Positions 8,270 through 16,245 of a stretch of 21,656 bases of DNA are shown here, piece by piece (position 1 is the stretch's first letter; every line of letters begins with the position of its first letter). Where the stretch lies: assembly GCA_029856105.1 (NCBI GenBank), contig JAHQWH010000181.1, positions 1-21,656 of the forward strand. The letters are read 5' to 3'. A program made the position numbers and the translations under genes. This DNA comes from Promethearchaeia archaeon. GTDB taxonomy: Archaea > Asgardarchaeota > Lokiarchaeia > Sigyniarchaeales > SOKP01. Under the pieces are notes generated by a model that saw only the letters and a program-made list of their open reading frames with translations, was not told where the DNA came from and made no database searches.

Positions 8270-9748
8270 TCACTTTTCACCTCCCTTCCATGTATCGATA
8301 TAAATTTTACCTGGATTTAAAATATTATTAGGATCTAAGAGTTTTTTAATTTCTTTCATAGTTTTCATGGATTTACCCCATTCTTCAAGCATCCAATGAG
8401 ATCTATTAATCCCTATTCCGTGATGGTGCCCAATGGATCCACCGGCGCTTAAAACTGCTTTTATTGTCGAATTCCAACATTCTTGATAAAATTCAAAATC
8501 GGATTTACCTTTAGGGGGGACACCTCCAAACGTAAAATAGATACCAATGCCATTTGGATAAAAGTGTGAAACATGAGCAGTTATTAGTAGATTACCTTTT
8601 ACTTCGCCCGTCGCTTCTAATACAGAATGATATAACTTTGCTGCGTTCTCCCATAAAGAAGCGACTTCAATAGTATCAAAGACTAATTTTAAAGCAGGCA
8701 TCGAAGAAGTTTCGGTAACTTTAAATCTAGTTTCAAACCAATGTTCTACCGGAGCCTCTCCACAGTCTACACCAAAATTTTTCTCACATTTTTCTCTTGT
8801 GATTATCTCTTCTAAATCAACTAGTTTCTGGTTTCCTTCACAGGCGAAAATAACCATTACTTTATCTTTTGCATTCTCAACTTCGGCAAAATGTCTACTA
8901 GTCTCAGCGCGATCGTAAATTCTGATGACCGCAGGATAAATATTCTCTCTTAAAATATTTCTCACAGCTTCAAAAGAGGCTTCAACTGAAGGAAATGCGT
9001 ATGAAATTAAACTTTTTTTTTCAGGGATAGGCCATATTTTTAAAGTTGCTTGTGTAACTATCCCTAAGGTTCCCTCTCCTCCAATAAATAATTTATCAAG
9101 TTGTGGTCCGGTTGATGCTCTTGCAATTGTTTTGAATTTGATAAATTCTCCCTGTGGTAAGACTAATTCCATACCTAACACAATATCTTCAATTTTTCCA
9201 TATTTAGTTGAGAATTGGCCAGCAGCTCTATGAGCGATCCAACCTCCTAGTGAAGACGTGTAAAGAGATTGTGGTATGTGCCCCGTAGTATATCCTTTGC
9301 CCTCCAAAAACCTTTCTAAATTCATTCCATTAATTCCAGCTTGAGCGGTGACTGTTAAATTTTTATCGTTTATATCCACGATCTTGTTAAACTTTTTCAT
9401 GTCAACAACAATTCCACCATAAATAGGAATAGCGCCTCCAACAACACCAGATCCTTCAGCAAATGGGATTACAGGGATTTTCTCTCGATTTGCTAGCTTT
9501 AAAATTTCTGAAATTTGTTTGACATTTTCTGGCCAAGTTATAAAATCAGGTAAAGCTGCAACTATTCCTTGGAGCGTCCAATTCAAGGCTATCATCGAAG
9601 TGTCTTTTGTATAAGCCAATAAATCCACTTCTTTATTCGAAAAATTTTTTTCTCCGATAATTTCAATTAGTTTTAACTTAATGTTAGACTTATTTTTAAT
9701 TTCGGAGCGATTTTCCTTATATATTAATTCAAAATCTTTAAAATCCAT
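8270..9748 (-). CDS. FAD-binding oxidoreductase of the VAO/PCMH family, alkyl-dihydroxyacetonephosphate synthase (AGPS)/YgcU-like
   Basis: P..EGSGVVGG, GHIPQS...SSLGGWIA.RAAG..STKYG.IED, RASTGP, GGEGTLGIVT, PAVIRIYD, HVSHFY..G..IYFTF, GSIGHHHGIG, LDPNNILNPGK. Confidence 0.88.
   Translation of the reverse strand: MDFKDFELIYKENRSEIKNKSNIKLKLIEIIGEKNFSNKEVDLLAYTKDTSMIALNWTLQGIVAALPDFITWPENVKQISEILKLANREKIPVIPFAEGSGVVGGAIPIYGGIVVDMKKFNKIVDINDKNLTVTAQAGINGMNLERFLEGKGYTTGHIPQSLYTSSLGGWIAHRAAGQFSTKYGKIEDIVLGMELVLPQGEFIKFKTIARASTGPQLDKLFIGGEGTLGIVTQATLKIWPIPEKKSLISYAFPSVEASFEAVRNILRENIYPAVIRIYDRAETSRHFAEVENAKDKVMVIFACEGNQKLVDLEEIITREKCEKNFGVDCGEAPVEHWFETRFKVTETSSMPALKLVFDTIEVASLWENAAKLYHSVLEATGEVKGNLLITAHVSHFYPNGIGIYFTFGGVPPKGKSDFEFYQECWNSTIKAVLSAGGSIGHHHGIGINRSHWMLEEWGKSMKTMKEIKKLLDPNNILNPGKIYIDTWKGGEK
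8277..8284 (-). promoter_or_regulatory. Shine-Dalgarno site GGAGGTGA for the Fe-S gene
   Basis: Minus strand GGAGGTGA-AAAGTGA-ATG: consensus archaeal SD, 7 nt before the ATG at 8269, embedded in the end of the upstream CDS. Confidence 0.8.
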
Positions 9749-9873
9749 ATAAAATCAGTATTAATTTTATGGTTTGTTATCATAGTTAAATGATTAGAGT
9801 TAATTTAAAATTTCTACTTTTATTAATATTCTAATATTACTTATAAGAAAAGCTACGAGAAAAAGCGTGTAAA

Positions 9874-11352
9874 TTAATAATATGTTTCTCCTGTAATTCT
9901 ATTTACCTTTAAATGTCTAAATCTAGCTTGAGTTTTAATCAGTTCCATATTTAAAGATACTTTCTCTACAACCTCGGGGGGAAATAAATATTTAGCCAGT
10001 TGAATAATCATCTGTCGAGTTTCAATGCAATTAAATAATTTAAGAATTTCTAAAGCGTAAAACAGCTCGGAAATTAAATCAAAATTCATATCTGCTGAAA
10101 ATTCAAGAAGTTCTAAATTTCTGTAAATTCTAGATATTATACTTGATAGAAGGTCATGTTCTTTTACCTTTTCTAAACAATTTCTCATATAATTGCAAAA
10201 TAATACATAATAAGTCGCTTCAGATGAAATAAAACCATCTCTGTCTTGCTTTACTCCTTCCGGCGTTATTCTGTTTTCTAATTCTTCCAATATTGCACGA
10301 ATATTTTCATCTATATTACGAGCACGAATAAAATTATAAATTTTTAAAATTACAACTAATTGAGATGTTTCTAAATTCTTTAGATAAGATTGCTCGAAAT
10401 ATTTTGAATCAGCTTCTATTAATCTATTAAGTTGAGGATTTGTAAGCCACAAATTCATAAAATGTGTAGCTTTTAATAGGTAGTATACTCCATCAGTAGC
10501 TTGTACTAAGGGTGCTTCAAACTCTTCTATTCCTTCTTCATATAAACCCATTAAAAACTTCTTAATTTTATGTTTGTCTAATTTTAGATTAAAAAGTTTT
10601 GATAAATAAATCCCACAAAAATAGAGGTCAGGGTTTTTTAGAGTAACTAACGGAATGGTAATTAACCATTCACTCATATTATTCAAAATGTATTCTTTAA
10701 TATGAGAAAAATCAAATCTCTTTTCTAAATGAAAAAAGCTAATTATTCGATCTATCAAATATAAAAGTTGCAATTTTTCTTTTGGATCCTCTAAATCTTC
10801 TAAAATCTCAATTCCTTTTTTATTTTCAATTAATTTCTTTACGAATCGCTCTTGGATTTGAAGATATTTCTTCAAATTTTCTTTTTTTTCTGGATGTTTA
10901 TTAATTAGATCTTTTAAATTTCTCAATTCAACTATAAATTCTAGACTCAGGAAATCTTTTGATTTCAAATTTAGTATAATTGGATTAACATTAATATCAA
11001 CTAAGTAATCTACAACTTTTTCTAAAAAAATCTCATACATAATAGGTGCTATTTTTATATCATAGATTTCATGAATAGAAGAAATTTTACAATTACCATC
11101 AGGATTAATCTCAAAGAAAAGGTCTAAAAATTTATTTTCTATTTCTTCTAGCTCAAATTCCATTTCTAGTAAATCTGCTTTGATAAAATCTAAAATTTCC
11201 GCAAATCTATTCTCCAAATTATCTATTTTAATTTCTTTCATTTCAATATAATTATTAATTCTATCTCGAAAAAATTGGTCTAACCTATAATAAAAAGAAT
11301 CAATATTGTCCAAGTATAAGCTAATAATGTTAAATAATCCTTGAAAAATCAT
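9874..11352 (-). CDS. Hypothetical all-alpha protein, possible alpha/alpha-toroid (prenyltransferase-like) repeats in C-terminal half
   Basis: Long ORF (about 492 aa from ATG 11352; TTG 11358 is the alternative start). Recurring helix motifs DLYFCGIYL, TDGVYYLLKA, TSQLVVILKI, SEATYYVLF, SELFYALEIL. Confidence is for the CDS; the fold call is tentative. Confidence 0.8.
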   Translation of the reverse strand: MIFQGLFNIISLYLDNIDSFYYRLDQFFRDRINNYIEMKEIKIDNLENRFAEILDFIKADLLEMEFELEEIENKFLDLFFEINPDGNCKISSIHEIYDIKIAPIMYEIFLEKVVDYLVDINVNPIILNLKSKDFLSLEFIVELRNLKDLINKHPEKKENLKKYLQIQERFVKKLIENKKGIEILEDLEDPKEKLQLLYLIDRIISFFHLEKRFDFSHIKEYILNNMSEWLITIPLVTLKNPDLYFCGIYLSKLFNLKLDKHKIKKFLMGLYEEGIEEFEAPLVQATDGVYYLLKATHFMNLWLTNPQLNRLIEADSKYFEQSYLKNLETSQLVVILKIYNFIRARNIDENIRAILEELENRITPEGVKQDRDGFISSEATYYVLFCNYMRNCLEKVKEHDLLSSIISRIYRNLELLEFSADMNFDLISELFYALEILKLFNCIETRQMIIQLAKYLFPPEVVEKVSLNMELIKTQARFRHLKVNRITGETYY

Positions 11353-11737
11353 TGGCAACTAACTGAAATTTTAAAACTTGTTTTAATTATTTCTGAACTT
11401 AAAATTATTATATTTTATATGGAAGAACAGAAATTAATATTTTATTCTTATTTATTACTAAAGTTAAATGAAAAAATTTGTAGATTGGGCGGTTATTGCT
11501 AAGTATGAAATTTATCAAATAATATTTTAATATAATAATAGTTTCTAAATGTCCTTAATATTAAATTTCTAATTTTAACTCATAATAAAAATCCTTCTAT
11601 AAAAAATGAAGATTTAACCATTTGAATTTTTACCTTAATGGATACTTAAAATTTGAAAAAATCACTTCATAAAATTTAAAATTTAAAAAAAAATCTATAA
11701 GATATATAAGAAAATTATTAAATTAAAGACGAAAAAT

Positions 11738-13165
11738 ATGACATCAAACATATTTGGCACTTCAGGCATAAGAATGGTGTTCCAAAATTATAGCGAGACA
11801 GATCTCATGTTTACGCCGCAAATGGCTTTAGATGTGGGATTAGCGTTGGGCACATATTTAAACGGTAAAGGTATCGTAGTTATCGGGAAGGATATTAGAA
11901 CCTCTGCTTTACCAATAGAATATTCATTAATTTCTGGGATTATAAGTACGGGATGTAATGTGAAAACGTTAGGAATTATAACCACACCCACATTAACTTA
12001 TTCTCAACAATTTTTGGATGCGAATGCTGGAGTTATGATTACTGCGTCTCATAATACTCCCGAATATATTGGATTAAAGTTTTGGAATCCTTCAGGTATA
12101 GGGTATTCTCACGAGCAAGAAGAAGAGATTTCTCGAATATATGACGAGAAGGATTTTCTTGATATCAAATGGGATCAAATTGGAAGAGTTACTCAGGTTA
12201 ATGATATTAACGATAAACACATTTCAGAAATAATGAATCGTATAAAATTTGATGGGAGTAATCTTAATGTTATAGTTGACCCCGGAAACGGAGCGGGATG
12301 TGAAATTGTCCCTAAACTATTAAGTAATTACAATGTAAATATTATTACAATCAATGCACAAATGGATGGTAAATTCCCTGGAAGAAATTCGGAACCTAGC
12401 GAAAAGAATTTAATTCAGATTTCCAAATTTTTGAAAATATCAACGCAAGAAGATATTGGAATTGCGCTAGATGGGGATGCTGATAGAGTTATTTTTTTAG
12501 ACGAAACTGGTGAAATTGTTGATCCAATTAGGTTATTAACACTCCTGGCAAAATATTACATACAAAATAATAAAAATAACATTTCTATGAATGATATGAA
12601 AGTATCTACTCCAGTAAACTCATCTAGTTTAGTTGAGGATGTGTTACAACCACTAGGTTGCGAAGTAATAAGAACTGAGGTCGGAGATATTCAAGTAGCT
12701 CAAGCTTTACATAAGAATGGGGGATTTTTGGGTGGAGAAACTTCAGGTACATATATTTGGCCCACCTTCCATTTAGGACCAGATTCAATAGTCACAATTG
12801 GAATAGTGTTGCAAATGATAATCAAAACCGGAAAAAGTTTACTAGAATTATTAAAGGAAATTCCAAAATATCCCTATTACCGTAATCAATTTCAGCTTAA
12901 AAAAGATATTCCCTTTACTGATGAAATAAACCAAAAAATTATTACTGAGATGAAAGAGAGCTTCGATTCTATGGGAAAACAATTAAAAACTATTAATAAA
13001 ATGGACGGTTGTAGATTTGATTACGATGATGGATGGATTTTAATAAGACGTTCAGGAACAAGCCCATATTTAAGAATTTCTGGTGAATCTAGTGTCGATA
13101 TAAATCAATCAATTGAAATGAATAAAATGGCAGAAGAAAAAATGAAGAATTTAAATTTAATATAA
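11738..13165 (+). CDS. glmM: Phosphoglucosamine mutase / alpha-D-phosphohexomutase
   Basis: FGTSGIR, GKDIRTS, TPT, MITASHN (phospho-Ser), D..FPGR.SEP, DGDADR metal loop, GGETSG, DG.R, W.LIR.SGT.P..R. Specificity is inferred from the neighbouring glmS/glmU. Confidence 0.82.
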   Translation: MTSNIFGTSGIRMVFQNYSETDLMFTPQMALDVGLALGTYLNGKGIVVIGKDIRTSALPIEYSLISGIISTGCNVKTLGIITTPTLTYSQQFLDANAGVMITASHNTPEYIGLKFWNPSGIGYSHEQEEEISRIYDEKDFLDIKWDQIGRVTQVNDINDKHISEIMNRIKFDGSNLNVIVDPGNGAGCEIVPKLLSNYNVNIITINAQMDGKFPGRNSEPSEKNLIQISKFLKISTQEDIGIALDGDADRVIFLDETGEIVDPIRLLTLLAKYYIQNNKNNISMNDMKVSTPVNSSSLVEDVLQPLGCEVIRTEVGDIQVAQALHKNGGFLGGETSGTYIWPTFHLGPDSIVTIGIVLQMIIKTGKSLLELLKEIPKYPYYRNQFQLKKDIPFTDEINQKIITEMKESFDSMGKQLKTINKMDGCRFDYDDGWILIRRSGTSPYLRISGESSVDINQSIEMNKMAEEKMKNLNLI

Positions 13166-13199
13166 AGCCTTTTTTAAACATTTATTTTTTTATATGAAG

Positions 13200-14162
13200 T
13201 TAACTGTTTCTAATTTCTATTTCTATTCCTTTTTGTTCAAGCTTTTTTTTGTTAGCAAGAAGTTCTCGACCAGCAATTTTATCCAAAATATAAATTAAAT
13301 TGCCTCCGTTTTCCGAATATATCTGACCATAAGATATTGGAACATCTGGAGTAGGTGCCTTTAGTAGTGATTCAGTAATAGATTTAATTTTTCGTTCTCC
13401 ATTAGCGAGTAATAACACTGTTTTAGACTTATATACTAGCTCAGCACCCATACTGATAGCATAACGAGGACATTCGTTTTCTGAGTTAAATTGTCCATCG
13501 ATTACTGCATTAGTTACTGTATTTTTATCAAGTTTTATTAACATGACTTTACTTCCTTCAAAGGGTATTCCTGATTCATGGAATGCAACATGACCATGTC
13601 CGCCAACTCCTATAACTTGTAAATCAATACCACCAGATCTTTCAATTTTTTGAGCATATCCATCTAAAATTGTTTCACGAATCCAATTTAGGTATTCAGA
13701 AGACGCGTTATCTTTGATGATAATTGATTTTCCTGAATCAGTTCCTAATTCGGTCCAATCTTCAGGATGGGACGATAGTTCTTGCATAAGATTTTTCTGA
13801 TCAATTAAACAAGCGTAAGGTAAAGTTGTTTCGATAAATTTATTATTAAGAAGCCCAAAGAATTCTTTAATCATAAAGTAGCAATAACTTTGTGGATGTA
13901 TCGTGCGTTGTTGAGCATTTTCTCCCGGAAGGCCAATATATTCGTCGAGATTAAAACTGCGAACCATACTGCTGTCGAATTTTTTAGCGTTTGCCATTCG
14001 GGCAAGTTCTTTATAAAGCCCCGTCGGTGAATTTCCTGTTGCAAGTCCTAAAACATATTCTCCTTTGTCTCGTAATCCTTGGATAATATATTCTTTTACA
14101 ACTTCTGCCGCAACCCTACTTAACTTTTCAAAGTTATCTGTAATGAATACTTTAATCGCCAT
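13200..14162 (-). CDS. nagB: Glucosamine-6-phosphate deaminase (NagB family) with internal insertion
   Basis: VLGLATGNSP..LY, FNLDEYIGL, HPQSY..FM, GGIDLQVIGVG..GHVAFHE, AISMG, LLANGERK. ATG 14162 (MAIKV, AAGGA upstream) is preferred to TTG 14177. Confidence 0.85.
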   Translation of the reverse strand: MAIKVFITDNFEKLSRVAAEVVKEYIIQGLRDKGEYVLGLATGNSPTGLYKELARMANAKKFDSSMVRSFNLDEYIGLPGENAQQRTIHPQSYCYFMIKEFFGLLNNKFIETTLPYACLIDQKNLMQELSSHPEDWTELGTDSGKSIIIKDNASSEYLNWIRETILDGYAQKIERSGGIDLQVIGVGGHGHVAFHESGIPFEGSKVMLIKLDKNTVTNAVIDGQFNSENECPRYAISMGAELVYKSKTVLLLANGERKIKSITESLLKAPTPDVPISYGQIYSENGGNLIYILDKIAGRELLANKKKLEQKGIEIEIRNS

Positions 14163-14306
14163 AAAAAATTCCTTCAAATATTTTTTAAACTAAAAAAAGT
14201 TCTCTTTAATAAAAATTTAATTATATGAACTTTACAAATTACATTTGCTATGTCTTCCTTCGGGTACAAAAAAATATTTAAATTTCTGATTCTTTTCTAT
14301 TTTTAA
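14163..14306. promoter_or_regulatory. Divergent nagB/glmS promoter region
   Basis: 144 bp between divergent starts. Plus strand: A-run then TTTAAA at 14277-14282, about 25 nt before the glmS ATG. Minus strand: TTTAAAAA at 14189-14182 before nagB. Confidence 0.5.
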
Positions 14307-16160
14307 ATGTGTGGTATTTTTGGAATAGTTACAAATAATCAAGAAATCTCTGTAGGAAAAGTTGTCTTCGATGGAATAAAACGTTTAGAATACCGTGGTT
14401 ACGATTCATGTGGTATTGTTTCACTTTGTAATTCTAAATTATATGTTAAAAAAGAAGCTGGAAAAATTGATGAAATCTATAAAAATGTTAAATTAGACGA
14501 AGTTCCTGATGGTACTAAGCTTGCTTTGGCCCACACAAGATGGGCAACTCATGGAACACCTACAAAACAAAATAGCCATCCACATTTAGATTGTTTAAAC
14601 AAAATTGCAGTTGTGCATAATGGGATAATAGATAATTTTATGGAATTGCGGAATGAACTTTCTTCTACAGGACACACATTTAATTCAGATACTGATACTG
14701 AAGTTATTCCCCATTTAATTGAAGATTTTATGAAAAAAGGGTTTAATCTTAAGGTTGCTACTATAAACGCATTAAAGAAATGTAAAGGAGCATACGCAAT
14801 TGCAGTCTGTCAGGTTGATAATCCTGATACGATTATAGTTGCTCGAAAGGAATCTCCCTTGATAATTGGAATAGAAGAAGGAAAAACAACTTATTGTTCT
14901 TCAGATATTCCTGCTTTTCTACCTCTTACTCGTAAATGTTATATAATGGAAGATAACGAACTTGCTGTTTTGAAAGCGGGAGAAGTAAATTTTTTTGACC
15001 TTAAAAACGACAATGAATTGATTAAGAAAAAAATACAAAATATTGAATGGAATATTGATGCTGCAGAAAAGGGAGGTTATGAGCATTTTATGTTAAAAGA
15101 AATTTACGAAGAACCAAATGCATTAAGACTTACTATGAAAATTTCAGAGCAACTTTTAAGTAAGTTTGCAAACGCTTTATTATCCGCAGATAATATATAT
15201 ATCACTGCAGCGGGTACTTCTTATCACGCAGCACTAGCAGGAAAATTTATAATTACTAGATTTCTTGGTAAACACATTCAAGATATTGAATGCTCTGAAT
15301 TTGAGACTCAACTAAAAGGTAGTTTACAAAACAATTCCGTGATTATAGCAATCTCACAATCAGGTGAAACGATTGATACGATTGAAGCGATTAGATGGGC
15401 AAAAAAAGCAAAATCGGTTAAGATATTAACGATTACTAATGTTGTAGGCTCATCAATTACGAGGTATTCCGATCATGTGATCGTAACAAATGCCGGACCT
15501 GAGATTGGTGTTGCAGCAACAAAAACATATAGCACACAAGTTCTTGCTCTTGCTTTAATAGCAGTTTCAATCGCAAAAATTAGAAAAATAATATCTGATG
15601 AGGATATAATAAAATACTACGATGCTTTAACTGGAATTCCTAATATCATCGATAAATTCCTTGAAAAAAATGTTGATTTAATTAAATATATCGTAAACAA
15701 TTTAGAAAAAAATATGAATTATTTCTTTTTAGCAAGAGGTATTTCAATCGCAACTGCCAAAGAAGGAGGATTAAAATTGAAAGAAGTTGCTTGTCGGTTT
15801 ATCGAAGGTTATTCCGCAGCTTCTGCTAAACATGGGCCAATCTCTTTAGTAAGAGAAGGATTTCCAATAATTTTTATTGCTCCACCTGACGAGACATATA
15901 ATAGATTAGTTGGGAACGTAATGGAGTTCAAATCTAGAGGAGGTAGGATTATTTCAGTCGTTGTGGAAAGCGATGTAAAAATAACAAAATTAAGCGACAT
16001 AACAATTCGAATTCCTCAACCCGCTGATAAATATCATAACCTTTTCAGTCCAATTACTTTCATGCCAGCCTTACAATTATTAGCCTATTACGCTGCCTTA
16101 GCTCATGATTTGGATCCTGATAAGCCATTAAACCTCTCCAAAACAGTAACAGTTCATTAA
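14307..16160 (+). CDS. glmS: Glutamine--fructose-6-phosphate transaminase (isomerizing)
   Basis: N-terminal MCGI, RLEYRGYDS, AHTRWATHG, HPH, HNGII, SDTDTEV, KGGYEHFMLKEI, SQSGET, GPEIGVAATK, LKLKE, KHGP, P.NL.K.VTV. Confidence 0.97.
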   Translation: MCGIFGIVTNNQEISVGKVVFDGIKRLEYRGYDSCGIVSLCNSKLYVKKEAGKIDEIYKNVKLDEVPDGTKLALAHTRWATHGTPTKQNSHPHLDCLNKIAVVHNGIIDNFMELRNELSSTGHTFNSDTDTEVIPHLIEDFMKKGFNLKVATINALKKCKGAYAIAVCQVDNPDTIIVARKESPLIIGIEEGKTTYCSSDIPAFLPLTRKCYIMEDNELAVLKAGEVNFFDLKNDNELIKKKIQNIEWNIDAAEKGGYEHFMLKEIYEEPNALRLTMKISEQLLSKFANALLSADNIYITAAGTSYHAALAGKFIITRFLGKHIQDIECSEFETQLKGSLQNNSVIIAISQSGETIDTIEAIRWAKKAKSVKILTITNVVGSSITRYSDHVIVTNAGPEIGVAATKTYSTQVLALALIAVSIAKIRKIISDEDIIKYYDALTGIPNIIDKFLEKNVDLIKYIVNNLEKNMNYFFLARGISIATAKEGGLKLKEVACRFIEGYSAASAKHGPISLVREGFPIIFIAPPDETYNRLVGNVMEFKSRGGRIISVVVESDVKITKLSDITIRIPQPADKYHNLFSPITFMPALQLLAYYAALAHDLDPDKPLNLSKTVTVH

Positions 16161-16245
16161 TTCTCCTCTATTGTTTTATAGATTCTAATTTTCATTGATA
16201 TAGAGTAAAGATAGCTAAGAAGTAATATAAAAAATATTATATAAT

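Noticed and set aside
11359-11737. About 380-bp intergenic region as ncRNA or small ORF (17-codon MEEQKLIF... at 11419)
   Set aside because: Extremely AT-rich with no stable GC stems or tRNA-like features; consistent with divergent promoters.
14251-14268. cUUCGg mini-hairpin upstream of glmS; possible glmS ribozyme or riboswitch
   Set aside because: Only a 2-bp closing stem plus a weak extension, and it lies upstream of the putative TATA box. The region is too short and AT-rich for the glmS ribozyme.
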